Under the pieces are notes generated by a model. The model had not been told where the DNA came from, did no database searches, and worked only from the letters and a program-made list of their open reading frames with translations. This document shows, one piece after another, positions 1 to 12,939 of a DNA stretch of 64,000 nucleotides. The DNA comes from Octopus sinensis. Its lineage: Eukaryota. A program made the position numbers and the translations under genes. Where the stretch lies: the NCBI RefSeq assembly GCF_006345805.1, contig NC_043018.1, positions 18,600,001 through 18,664,000 on the forward strand, read 5' to 3'. Position 1 is the first letter of the stretch; the number at the start of each line of letters is the position of its first letter.

Positions 1-141
1 TCCATCTACCAAATCCACTCACAAGGCTTTGGTCGGCTTGAGGCTATAGTAGAAGACACTTGCCCAAAATGCCACACGGTGGGACTGAACCCGGAACGAT
101 GTGGTTGGTAAGCAAGCTACTTACCACACAGCCACTCCTGC
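1..141 (-). mobile_element. SINE family A, 5' part (cut by window edge)
   Basis: Reverse complement reads caggagtggctgtgtggtaagtagcttgc...ggttcagtcccac...tttgggcaagtgtctt, matching about 20 other copies in the window. Confidence 0.9.
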
Positions 142-328
142 GGAAAAGGCTGGAGATATCCAACCAGTGCACTCTCACAATCAACCAATGTGTTGAGGAT
201 GACCTAGCAAATAGTCAACTTGCGCACCTTCTTTGTTCAGCTGTTATAAGAGGTCGAAATAATGCAATGACACCTGTAAATGAAAGGCTGAGAGGTTTAT
301 CAGGCGTATAAATTTATTTCTGTATTTT

Positions 329-501
329 ACTACACCCTTGGAGTGGTTGGCGCTAGGAAGGGCATCCAGCTGTAGAAACTCTACCAGATCAAGACTGGAT
401 CCTGGTGCAGCCATCTGGTTCGCCAGCCCTCAGTCAGGATCGTCCAACCCATGCTAGCATGGAAAGCGGATGTTAAACGATGATGATGATGATGATGATG
501 A
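329..501 (+). mobile_element. SINE-like family C, 3' part ending in (GAT)n
   Basis: tggttggcgctaggaagggcatccagc...gtccaacccatgctagcatggaaagcggatgttaaac(gat)n, shared with copies at 15253, 24340, 50838, 55215, 57528 and 58065. Confidence 0.8.
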
Positions 502-639
502 CTATGCTACAGAACCTGACCTACTTTTACCTGTGCCACCCTGCATGTTCTCATCAACCTGTTGCTTTCAAACAATAAATATATTGATTCACAATTAGAA
601 GAGTGCAATAAATAATATGACAGAAACATATTTTGTTTA

Positions 640-960
640 ATACAGTTCTATATTTAAGAGATGAGGAATTAGGTACATTGTTTACATTTGATGGATATTT
701 GTCCTCATCTTGTTTGTTGTTAACACGTTTTGTCTGATATACCCTCCAAACTTCTTCAGGTGTCTTGGGGAAATTTCAAACCTGGGTTCTCATTCTTGAG
801 GTATCTTTCGATGTTGTTGTTATTATTATTATTATTATTATTCAGGTCACTTCCTGGAATCGAACTCGGAATCTTGGGGTTAGTAGCCTGAGCCCTTAAC
901 CACTATGCCATATGCCCACAGGCATATGGCATAGTAGTTAAGAGCCAAGATTCTGAATTA
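640..960 (-). mobile_element. Family H element (tRNA-like head plus degenerate hammerhead tail), duplicated copy
   Basis: Near reverse complement of 2383-2725. The hammerhead is degenerate (CTGAAGA...AAAA). Confidence 0.8.
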
Positions 961-1139
961 ATAACTAGTCAAGTGTTAACTAGTACCTCTGGTCATAAGC
1001 AAAACCGCAGTGGAGCTTTCTAAAACAGTGTTTCTAAAACTATTCACTTTAGAAGAAAACCCTGTTCATGGTGCAACACCCATGAGTCAGTTCAATCCCT
1101 CAAATTCTGAAAGCAATATGATTCATTTAGGTGAGATTT

Positions 1140-1660
1140 ATAATGATTCCAGTTTGGTAAACGCAACAGAATGCACCAAATGCAATTTGATCTATGTTGG
1201 CTACACAACAAACAAATTAAACAGGAGATTTAACACTTTAGTGTTCACATTATTCTGCCAAAATTAATGCTTCTTCATCCACATTGCCTTGAACTAATCA
1301 GGCATTATCTTGTAGCTTTGAGATTTTGATGAGGTAGCTGTTAATTTTTCAAATAATATTGTAGGGTTGGTGTGAGAGACCTGATCTGGCCATTTTGAAC
1401 ATAAAACAGGTAGAATACTTTTGGCCGGATATGGCCGGTTTAAATGCTAAAGGGTTAATGGACATATGTGTTGTGTCATGCATAATAAAGCTACAAGATG
1501 GAACTTGCTGAACATTTTTAGAAAACTTGAGGAACACCTGACAGTATGATTTCTTAGAAAATAATCCAATTCCACTGAACTTTCCATTCTCAGAACACAA
1601 GGAATGGTGTATCTGTGCATTGCAAGTGTCATACCTTGGAGGGATGATCAAATAACAGGA
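1140..1660 (+). pseudogene. Decayed Penelope-like GIY-YIG endonuclease domain, split by a MITE
   Basis: SSLVNATECTKCNLIYVGYTTNKLNRRFN; removing the TTAA-flanked MITE gives RRFNGH. ELAEHF and EWCICALQVSYLGGMI follow in shifted frames. This matches the Penelope EN pattern C..C...YVG.T...L..RF..H / A.HF / E..WI..L....P.G.N. Confidence 0.75.
1230..1458 (-). mobile_element. piggyBac-like MITE family P1
   Basis: TTAA at both ends; termini acactttag and ctaaagggt; reverse complement of 1708-1934 and 59589-59817. Confidence 0.85.
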
Positions 1661-1707
1661 GGGTTCCATCAGATTATTACCAAACTTTTTGACAAAGTTT
1701 TATCTCC

Positions 1708-1934
1708 TTAACCCTTTAGTATTTAAACCGGCCATATCCGGCCAAAATAGCTAATCTGTTTTATGTTCAAACTGACCAGATCCAGGCCCTCACACCTACC
1801 CTACAATGTTATTCTACATTAGGTAATTACACCATCAAGATCTTGAAGATATGAGATAATGCATGATTAATTCAAATCAATGGGAATCAATAAGCATTAT
1901 GTTTGATGGAATAATCTGAACACTAAAGGGTTAA
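1708..1934 (+). mobile_element. piggyBac-like MITE family P1
   Basis: ttaaCCCTTTAG...CTAAAGGGttaa terminal inverted repeats with TTAA duplication. Confidence 0.9.
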
Positions 1935-2154
1935 TAATCTTTTTCTTGTTTTCTTCTGTTTTAACCTGTTACAAACAAACAAAACTTGATGCTTTTGTTT
2001 TTGGTCTAGGAAGGAATGCAGGATATTCCAGTTGAAATTATGAATCCTTGTATATCAATGCAGTTATCATTTTTCATTATTCTTTCTTATTTGGAATCTG
2101 AGGGAAACAGGCAGACTTTTGAAATATCGTCTTGTTCAATAAACAAAATTTGTT

Positions 2155-2725
2155 CATTATGTACATTATTTACAATTGACGGATATTTGTCCTCATCTTG
2201 TTTGTTGTTAACACGTTTCGGCTGATATACCCTCCAGCCTTCATCAGGTGTCTTGGGGAAATTTCGAACCTGGGTTCTCATTCCTAACGTATTTTTTGAT
2301 GTTATTATAATTATTATTATTATTATAATTATTGTTATCATTATTATTATTATTATTAGTATTCAGGTCACTGCTTGGAATCAAACTCAGAACCTTGGCT
2401 CTTAACCACTATGCCATATGCCTGTGGACATATGGCGTAGTGGTTAAGGGCGCAGGCTACTAACCCCAAGATTCCAAGTTCGATTCCAGGAAGTGACCTG
2501 AATAATAATAATAATAATAATATTAATAATAACAATATCAACAACAACAATATTGAAAAATATCTCAAGAATGAGAACCCAGGTTTGAAATTTCCCCAAG
2601 ACACCTGATGAAGGCTGGAGGTGTATATCAGCCAAAACGTGTTAACAACAAACAAGATGAGGACAAATATCCATCAAATGTAAACAATGTACATAATTCC
2701 TCATCTCTTAAATATAGAACTGTAT
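2155..2725. mobile_element. Family H inverted dimer (tail-head / head-tail) with 15-bp flanking direct repeat
   Basis: 2160-2425 is the reverse complement of 2426-2700, with a deletion in the left head. taaacaaaatttgtt occurs at 2140-2154 and 2726-2740. A box TGGCGTAGTGG at 2433 and B box AGTTCGATTCC at 2477. Confidence 0.85.
2210..2252 (-). ncRNA. Minimal hammerhead motif lacking the cleavage triplet (probably inactive)
   Basis: GACAC CUGAUGA A GGCUG-GAGGGUAUAU-CAGCC GAAAC GUGUU; the GUU triplet seen in the 46507 copy is missing. Confidence 0.65.
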
Positions 2726-4013
2726 TAAACAAAATTTGTTTCTGTCATATTATTTATTGCACTCTTCTAATTGTCAATAAATATTAGTGTTAGTATTAAT
2801 TAATATTAATTAATAAGAATGTTAAGAACAATATTAATTCCAATTAATACAAGCAGTATTAATGATAATATCAATAACAATTGCAAGATGGCAAGACGGT
2901 AAAATCGTTAGCATGGTGGGTAAAATGCTTAAAAGCTTTTCATCCATTAGTAAGTTCTGAGTTCAAATTCCACTGGGGTTGGCTTTGCTTTTCATCCCAT
3001 TCGGGGTTAATGAACTAGGTACCAGTTGAATACAGGGTTCGATGTAATCAACTTACCCCGTCCCCCTGAAATAGCTGGCCATGCGTCAGAATTTCAAACC
3101 AATAGTAAAGCTAATTAATACTCAGGGGGATTAATAACAACTATACCAATAACAACACAAACAGTAACCATATTACCAAAGAAACCGATTCCATAATGCT
3201 AAGTCTACAGATTCTATGGCTGTGTTGATAGAACTGGTCAACATCAAGACCTTGATGTGAATGTTTCTTTCTGTTATTATGGCCCAAGACCAATACAAAG
3301 GCTTCAGCCTTGTTCTAAAACCTATTGAAATATTTAATAATAATAATAATAATAATGATGATGGTGATGATGATGATGATGATGATGACGATGATGATGA
3401 TGATATGGCAATGTAATGTTGCCTTTCGACACTGTCGACAGGGAAAGTTTTATCTCTTTATTCTTCATCTTTGCTTTCTCCCTCTCTTCTTCTCTTCCTT
3501 TATTTCAAACCAAAACCGAAATATCACACACACAACAAAATAACATACATACACACACACACAGGGCACACAAACACACATACATACATACATACATACA
3601 TACATACATACATACATACATACATACACACATACATCCACATATACATCCACGGCTTTTCATTGAGTTAATCAAGCTATGTAATAAGCAAGCGCCACCG
3701 AATTCTCTGATCTTACGTCAGGCCAGTCACATGACCTATTGTCATTTATTAGGAATGAAGTGGAAAGCTTTTAATCTATAGAAAGTTCCGGCACTAGTAC
3801 AAAAGGAGGACTGCACAGCAAATAAACAAGCGTTGGAGATCTGACGAAGAAGGTGATTTTAAAACCAAACTTGAATTTCCACTCCCAATGTGAATTCTTT
3901 GGAAGAACACAAGAGAGAGAGAGAGAGAGAGAGGAGAGATAGAGAGAGAGAGAGAGGGAGAGAGAGAGATAATGTCATCTGCACATACACACATACAAAC
4001 CCATATGCACACA

Positions 4014-4028
4014 TTATATAATTATAAC

Positions 4029-4063
<35 letters not shown>

Positions 4064-4064
4064 G

Positions 4065-4128
<64 letters not shown>

Positions 4129-4145
4129 TTATATATATATATGTA

Positions 4146-4185
<40 letters not shown>

Positions 4186-4294
4186 ATTAATATATATATA
4201 TATAAATCAATATAAATATTTAAATATGTATATAAATATATATGAATACATAGATATATAAATTTATATATACAATGTATATATATATATATGC

Positions 4295-4349
<55 letters not shown>

Positions 4350-4395
4350 CATATATATATAAATAAATATAAATATTTATATATATATATATATA
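4014..4395. repeat. (TA)n-rich compound microsatellite
   Basis: Read directly; similar tracts at 5014-5620, 8520-9170, 39355-39525, 45300-45665 and 54335-54620. Confidence 0.95.
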
Positions 4396-5037
4396 AAAGT
4401 GTGTGTGTGAGTGTATGTGACAGAGAGAGAGAGAGAGAGAGAGAGAGTACAATTTTGCATGTCATGGGTTTTCACCTCCAAAAGTCATTCTTCTGTTTCA
4501 TTTCATCTTTGGAGAATTATCGCAGAGGTTTGTACTAAAGTTGCTAGTGAAGTTATTGTTTGACGTCGGAAGAGGCCAAAAAGGAATTATTACAAGTTCA
4601 GGTATGCTTTGGACATATATACACACACAGTGTGTATGTATGTATGTGTGTGTGTGCGTGTGCATATGTGTGTGTGTGTGTGTGTACCTTTAAACTTTTG
4701 TCTTGGACATCTACCAAAGTTTCTTGTAAGCATTAGCATAAGAAATATTGATCAAGGTTGAACACAGACTCATTACTTCTGGAGCATTGTAAAACCATCT
4801 CGTTGTCCTTCCCGTCAGCTTCATCATACTCACCAACACGGACATAGTTATCACTATCGTCATCAGTATCATCATCGTCAACAACATCATCATTGACATC
4901 GTCATCGTCATCATCATCATAATGTTTCTGTGTACATTTCCCCATGGTGGGAATCATTCCAATTGACTCTTAAGTAATCCCTTCTACAAAAGCAATTTCA
5001 TTCATCAATTCAATTATATATATATATATATATATAA

Positions 5038-5068
<31 letters not shown>

Positions 5069-5124
5069 CATATATATATAACATATATATATATACATAT
5101 ATATATATAAATATATATATATAT

Positions 5125-5175
<51 letters not shown>

Positions 5176-5191
5176 ACATATATATATATAT

Positions 5192-5233
<42 letters not shown>

Positions 5234-5436
5234 ATATATATATATGTGCATATATCACACATATATATATATATATGCACATTTATACACATACATACGT
5301 GTGCACACATATATAGTCTGATGTACGATTTGACAGATGCATATATACATATTACATGTATGCATATATAAACATACACAAACATATAAACACAGATGTT
5401 AAGTAAGGATGATTATATATATGTGTGTGTGTGTGC

Positions 5437-5468
<32 letters not shown>

Positions 5469-5533
5469 GTATGTATATATATATATATGTATGTGTATAT
5501 GTATGTATATATATATGTATGTATACATATGTG

Positions 5534-5565
<32 letters not shown>

Positions 5566-6008
5566 TGTATAAATATATATATATGTATGTATGTGTATAT
5601 GTATGTATGTAGGTATAGATATATAGCGAGAAAGAGAGAGGGTAGAAAGGAAGAGAAGGAGAGGAATACAGAGAGAGGGAAGAAGAGAGAGAGAAAAGGC
5701 TGAGAGTGACATATACATATGTAGACTCTGTTATTCTTTTCTTGCTTCTGACACCACCACCACCACCACCAACACCACCACCAACAACAACAACAACAGC
5801 AATATTCTGTGGGCAGCAAGTTGGCAAAGTTGTTAGAGCACCAGACAAAATACTGTGCTCTGAGTTCAAATCCTGTTGAGAACAACTTTGTTTATCATTT
5901 CTAGGTTGATAAAAAGGAACTGCAATTCAGAGCAGTTGATGGTGGACTGATACCTTGTGGTGTTTGTTCTGACTCATTACATGCTGATTCTAGATCCAAC
6001 TATAGCCT

Positions 6009-6621
6009 CAACCCAAAAGTCTAACCCATCCTCAAAGCGGTAGGGTGGTGTAAACGGGCAGTGTCAGAGCTATGCCGTTGGGAACTTCAGTTCCTGGTAG
6101 GGTCACCCAAGGCGGATTGGTCTGGCACCAAGCGGTATTAGGGCCGCAGCCTGGCCAATGGGCTCTGGTGAAAATTCCAAGAGGCATCCTCAAAGCGGTA
6201 GGGTGGTGTAAATGGGCAGTGTCAGAGCTATGCCGTCAGGAACTTTGGTTCCTCATAGAGTCACCCAAGGTGGATTGGTATTAGGGCCGCAGCCTGGCCG
6301 GCAGGACTCTGGTGAAAATTCCAAGAGGCATCTGATTGGCAACCGGCGGCTTTGAGGTTGTTCTGTCCCTGCATCTGTGGAGACCCCGTGGCAAACAGGG
6401 CGTCCCGTCACTCGGGATATGCATGTGGGATGTCGAGGACCGCTTGTGAATTCAATATTCTCACGAAACTTCTTTTATGAATCCTATGGAACTGCGAATG
6501 GCTTGCTATCTCCAGCGACCTCGCACATGACTGTTGGGCATGGGCCGCCATGGTTCATGATGTCGTCGGGACCAGAGAAGAAGCCAGCACAACCCGCCCT
6601 GGGTGAACGCCGTCACAAGTA
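6009..6621 (+). mobile_element. Short non-autonomous RTE-clade derivative with 12-bp TSD and duplicated 5' module
   Basis: caactatagcct at 5997-6008 and 6622-6633. The 3' end encodes WLAISSDLAHDCWAWAAMVHDVVG*, like an RTE ORF C-terminus, then caagta. A 158-bp direct repeat starts at 6027 and 6185. Confidence 0.75.
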
Positions 6622-6775
6622 CAACTATAGCCTGCCTCGGTGTATTCGCTTAACATCTGACCCTGTTTAAAACCACCTCCTCACACTTTGGTTACCTTTA
6701 GCAGAGTTCACTCTGTTATAAGGGCTCAGCTTAAGTTTCTGCTCTACAAATACTTAACTCCCGCAAAAGCTAGAG

Positions 6776-7452
6776 CAGTGTTTCTTAACTATGACCCTAG
6801 GAAGTCCTCGTGGTTAAAATATATATGCAATAACTTGGTGATACTTATTTTTAATTCTTCAACTTGTTTCAGTCATTTGACTGTGACCATGCTGGAGCAC
6901 CGCCTTTTGTCAAATGAACCAACCCCAGGTCTTATTCTTTGTAAGCCTAGTACTTATTCTATCAGTCTCTTTTGCTGAACCACTAAGTTGCAGGGATGTA
7001 AACACACCAACATCGGTTGTCAAGCAATATTGGGGGGGACAAATACAGACACAAATAACAAACACGCACATACATATATATATAAACGAAAGGCTTCTTT
7101 CAGTTTCTGTCTACCAAATCCACTCACAAGGCTTTAGTCAGTCTGATGCTATAGTAGAAGACACTTGCCTAAGGTGCTACACAGTGGGGCTGAACCTGGA
7201 ACCATGTGGTTGGGAAGCAAGCGTCTTACCACACAGCCACTCCTGTGCCTATGACTTACCACACAGCCACTCCTGGACCTGCTTCTACACAAAAAAAACC
7301 TAAAACATTTTAATTTTTTAAATACAATTCCTAATGAAATTTAATTCCAAAAATATAACGGGATTTTTTAACTATCAAATGGCTGTGAGGGTCCATCTGA
7401 ATAAAATAAGAATCAAAGGGGCCCATAGGTGAAAAATGGTAGGGAACCACTG
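6776..7452. mobile_element. hAT/Charlie-like MITE interrupted by a family A SINE
   Basis: Termini cagtgtttctt and gggaaccactg; 8-bp flanks agctagag and ctctagag resemble the NTCTAGAN target. Confidence 0.6.
6855..7250 (-). mobile_element. SINE family A
   Basis: Full head-microsatellite-tail layout. Confidence 0.9.
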
Positions 7453-8546
7453 CTCTAGAGTGTCAGGGGTTCTTAGAAAGATGCCCATCACCAGCCTCTT
7501 CAATTTCTCTCACCCTCACCTGCTCCAGTCTGCCCCATCTCTAAACATCCTGACTTTCAAACAAAAAATATCTCTCATTTGTGAGATATGCAAAATAAAT
7601 GGGTGAAAACAAAAAACAGGGGAGGCATAAGTTGGAGAAGATCCATACTAAATTAGAAACTGATGCGAAGTTCTTAGTTTGAAGAATTGCCAAAAGAAAG
7701 ATAAATGCTTTTTTTTTCTGTTTTTTTTTCTTTGTTTGTTTTTTTTTTCTTTGTTGGTTTTTTTTCTCTATGATTTCAAATAAGAATGAATGAGTGAATT
7801 AATGAATGAATTTCACTTTGGGAGAAAAATGTCTTTCTTTCTTTCTTTCTCTTGCTTTTTTTTATGTTTTACTTCTTTTTTTTTATCTATTTATTTACTT
7901 ACTTCCAGCATCATGGTTAATTAATACTGAAACATTGAAACAAATCATTGGATAAAATGTTCTTTTCATCCTCCACTACCAAAAGAAAGTTCTCTCGTTA
8001 TATATACATTATAGTTTTCAAATCAGTCTTTTAATGATTTTTAAGAAACCCTCGCAGGTCTACACACGACAAGAGTCACTTCACGCTGTCGTTTCTTAAT
8101 GGAATATATTGTACTTGATAAATTGTAATCAATTGAAACAAAACAACAAATAAATTCAAATAAAACAGAATGAGAATAAAATACATCAAATAAAAATATA
8201 TAGGACACCTTTCTGAGATTTCATTAGGTTTTTCAAGTTTGAAAAATATATGGCTGTTTGCCAATTAATGACAGCCAAAAGTGACTAACTCTAGTGTCAA
8301 CATCTATCAAATATTAAGGTGACTAGTGCGCTGTTAAAACCCCGCTTCTTATCACATGAATGTCACTGACACTTCTAGGTGAAAGGAAATGAAACTACTT
8401 TTATGAGAGAAAGTAATAAAAGCGTTATTATTTGAATTATTGTAAAAATATCTGAATTATGTAATAATTAAACCTGACTCTCAAAAGACAATGGAAAGTG
8501 TGTATGCATAGACACACTCAGATATATATGTATGTATACAGACATA

Positions 8547-8586
<40 letters not shown>

Positions 8587-8675
8587 CAGAGAGAGAGAGA
8601 GATGTGTGTATGTGTACATATACATATATGTACACATACATACATATATATATCATGATGATGATGATGATGATG

Positions 8676-8706
<31 letters not shown>

Positions 8707-8838
8707 TATGTATAAACATATATATATATACATACATGTATGTATATATATATATTTATAGACATACATATATATGTATATAACTATATATATGCATGTA
8801 TATATATGTATACATACATATATACATATACATATATG

Positions 8839-8869
<31 letters not shown>

Positions 8870-9261
8870 GCATGTATATATATGTATACAAACATATATA
8901 CGTATACATATATGTATATACATATATATATATATATATATGTTTACATACATATATGTATACACATATATACATATATATGTATGTATACATACATATG
9001 TATACATACACACATATACATATTTATGTATACATACACATATATATGTCTACATATAAATATATATATATGCACATATATTAGTGTGTACATGTTTGTG
9101 TATATATATTCATGTGTGTGTGTATGTATTTTATATATACATACATAAATATATGCATATATATGTGTGTGTGTCTTGATATGACTGGCATAGTCACCTT
9201 ATAAAGGTTATATGCTTCATATTTATAAAATTATATAGAGGGAAAACCAGCCAATATTATA

Positions 9262-9530
9262 TATATTGTCATCATCATTACCACCATCACCATCATCATC
9301 ATCACCACCACCACCACCACCATGATCATCATCATCATCATCATCATCACCACCACCACCACCACCCAAAATAACACCACCACCATCACCATCATCATCA
9401 TCACCACCACCATCCAAAATAACACCACCACCATCACCATCATCATCACCACCACCACCATCCAAAATAACACCACCACCATGATCATCATCATCATCAT
9501 CACCACCACCACCACCACCACCACCACCAT
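9262..9530. repeat. (CAT)/(CAC) compound repeat with three ccaaaataacaccaccacc units
   Basis: Read directly. Confidence 0.9.
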
Positions 9531-9544
9531 TGGTTCACTGTCCA

Positions 9545-9985
9545 TTTTTCTCTGCTGGCACTGATCAGACACAAAATTGGGTTGATGTGGTATCTCAGAT
9601 AAAAACCTGTCCAGACGTTCCTGGAAAACCTCCACACCAGAACCATGTAGATCTCTAAGGTTACCTGGAAGGATGTTGAACAATTGCTGACCCTTGAAAC
9701 CCAGACTATTGCAATACTGTGTCCTTATTTTAGATGGGGAAGATGGGAATCTTTGTTATGATGCAGTGCCATCAAGTTCGAGGATTGGTATAGCTGTCAA
9801 TTCCAAAATTGTGAGCTAAACCCTTCAAGATCTTCCAAATATATATCACTGCATATCTCCCTTATTTTCTCTGCAGGGAATAGAGAAACAGCTCCCTTAG
9901 CCTCTCTCAGTAGTCCATCTTTTGCATCAAGTCAATCTTCTTTGTGTATTGATGCTGGATTGCTTTGAATTCCACAATTTATTTT
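9545..9985 (-). pseudogene. CR1/L2-group LINE ORF2 C-terminal remnant
   Basis: LFLYSLQRK*GRYAVIYIWKILKG ... QYCNSLGFKGQQLFNILPGNLRDL...FQERLDRFLSEIPHQP, with stops and frameshifts. Confidence 0.75.
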
Positions 9986-10428
9986 ACAAATAAATACATA
10001 ATTATACCATATCTGGGCAATTACCCCCCATAGGACAATTCCTCTGATGACATCTACCCTGCTTGGTTAATTAACCCCTCAGCAATATAATAAGAAGTTT
10101 TGAATCATCATCTCTTTTCCTTAGAGGTATTGTCCTTCAGTGGTTATTGTCCGGGGTGGGTGGGTGCTAAATGTCCAGAACTCAATTATACACACACTCA
10201 CACACACACACACACACACATACATACACACAAATGTGCCATGCAGTGGGAGGACTGAACCCATAATCAAGTGGTTCCAAAGCAAGCTTCTTACCACACA
10301 CACACACACACAACTATTCATACATATAAACTCTCTCACATACATACATTTATATACACAGACACACACAAATACATACACAGGCACATGCAAGCACACA
10401 CATGCATACCCACTTTCGAAACTATGTG

Positions 10429-10490
<62 letters not shown>

Positions 10491-11245
10491 TCACACGTAC
10501 AAAAAGAAACTGTAAGTTAAGTATTAAAGTTCGTTAGCGAGTTAGAAGGTAGGGTAGGATGGCCTAATTAGGAGACAATTAAGTTCCATCAAAGTAAAAT
10601 TCAGTAGCAATAAGAACTCCCAGGTTGCCACTCCTCCCCCACACCACCACCACTACCACCACCACCACCACCTCTAGTGCTATCATCACCATCACTACCA
10701 TCACTCCCACCAACATCACGCTCTCCCCCCCAGTACCACATCTATAATCCTCAACAGAGGTATGACTACCACTACGGCCAACGCCAACAGCCTCACCTTT
10801 AATCAGAGATTACCTGCTTCAAAAAAAAAAAGCAGCCAAGACAAAAGAGCAAAAAAACACAATGGCTTTAACAAAAACAAACAACAACAAAGAAAAAAGT
10901 GCGTGGAGGTAGGGATTTAATTGACAACAACAAATGCTTGAAGGTGTGGATTTAGGTAACCACGACAACGAGAACAACAAGTGATTAGAAATTGTGGAGT
11001 TATGTAACACAATATCAGGATGTACAAAAACGGTTGGTCTGTTTTACATCAGATTTGAAATCCTGTACAACGGTTGTTATGGAAACCATATTTTACAATG
11101 TTACCGAGAATATTGGTAATGCAGTTGTGCCACATAATGTGAATTAGATAATGTAACTGTGTTTGATAATGTTGATAATGTTGTTGTATTTGATAATACT
11201 GATAATGCAGCCATGTTATATAACATGGCTTAAATAATGTTGTAT

Positions 11246-11458
11246 TTACTCTGTTACTCTTTTACTTGTTTCAGTCATTTGACTGCGGCCATGCTGGAGC
11301 ACCGCCTTTAGCCGAGCAAATCGACCCCAGGACTTATTCTTTGTAAGCCCAGTACTTATTCTATCAGTCTCTTTTGCCGAACCGCTAAGTGACGGGGACG
11401 TAAACACACCAGCATCGGTTGTCAAGCAATGCTAGGGGGACAAACACAGACACACAAG

Positions 11459-11521
<63 letters not shown>

Positions 11522-11684
11522 GACAGGCTTCTTTCAGTTTCCGTCTACCAAATCCACTCACAAGGCATTGGTCGGCCCAGGGCTATAGCAGAAGACACTT
11601 GCCCAAGATGCGACGCAGTGGGACTGAACCTGGAACCATGTGGTTGGTTAGCAAGCTACTTACCACGCAGCCACTCCTGCGCCT
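11246..11684 (-). mobile_element. SINE family A, well-preserved full-length copy
   Basis: tRNA-like head, a cttgggcaagt CORE-like segment, an internal (TA)n(TG)n tract and a (gagtaaaa)n tail. Confidence 0.92.
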
Positions 11685-11974
11685 GTTTGATAATATTTAT
11701 TTCTTTATTGCCCACAGTGGGACTAAACATAGAGGGGACAAACAAGGAGATACAAAGGGATTATGGTGGGTGTTGACAGGTTTGCTTGATGTACATACTA
11801 GAAATAGCAGTCAAATCTCTCTTAGATCTCATCCTAGCATCCTGAAATAAAAGGACACATTGAATAGTGTTATACCAGATATTATCCTATTATAATAAGA
11901 CAGGGTGGTCATGGATGGAATCCATTTTATAATAGATGTACTCAATCAGAGCTGGCCCAGACTATCTTTTATCT

Positions 11975-12315
11975 CTTACTCCTTTCAGTCATTGGACTGT
12001 GGCCATGCTGGGGCACCACCTTGAAGAATTTTAGCCGAACAAATCAACCCCAGTACTTATGATTTTAGTATGGTGCTTATTTATTGGTCTCGGCTAAGTT
12101 AGAGGGATGTAAACACACCAACACCAGATGTCAAACTGTGGTTGGGGACAAACACATGACAGGCTTCTTTCAGTTTCTGTCTACTAAATCCATTCACAAA
12201 GCTTTGATTTGCCCAAGGCTATCATAGAAGACACTTGCCCAAGGTGCCATGCGGTGGGATGGAACCCAGAGCCATGTGGTTGGGAAGCAAACATCTTACC
12301 ACACAGCCACGCCTG
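11975..12315 (-). mobile_element. SINE family A, diverged copy
   Basis: Same motifs with many substitutions and no internal microsatellite. Confidence 0.8.
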
Positions 12316-12939
12316 GATATTAGAATAAGAGAGGGTTGCCATGGTTGGAATCTCTTTCGTCATAGCACTAACCTAAATGGAAGCAACAACAACAACAACA
12401 ACAACAATCACTGCAATATCATCAACAGCAACAACAACAACAGCAACTTTTGTTTTGTTCTCCTATCTCCTGATCCCAGATGTCAGGCCAAGAATGGTCA
12501 ATGAAGGAGAAAAAAGAAATTCTTTATTGGAAAGAGCAGCAACAGAGATGACAAACAGACAGAAAATGTTCAGTAGAATAATCTGGAGAGATTATTTAAT
12601 CCAGTTAATCTCTTGCATAGCAGATTTAAAGTATTTCCAAACTTTTCAAATAATGCTTTGCTCATCAGATCCACCAACAGCGCCGACAGTCACATCTCAT
12701 CATTCAACACCCACACACCATTAAAACGAAGCCACAACGCCAACAAGAACAACACCAACATCAATAAATGCCAACAAGAACTGGATGATATGGAAATTAT
12801 GGAAATTATGAAGACAGAGTTAAAAAAAATAAGTCAGGTGTATTACAAAATGGTTAATCCTCTTGCATAATGGATTTGGAGGATTTTGTAAGTTTATTAA
12901 TATTGTTTTATTGATAAGTTCCGATGTAGGAGAAGTGTG

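Noticed and set aside
3660-3910. Cluster of CRE-like, E-box and forkhead-like motifs (ttacgtca, gtcacatgac, aaataaaca) as an enhancer
   Set aside because: Short motifs are expected by chance, and there is no conservation or chromatin evidence.
11419-11850. Recurrent ORFs of the type RQASFSFRLPNPLTR...GTEPGTMWLVSKLLTTQPLL
   Set aside because: Antisense translations of SINE family A, not a gene family.
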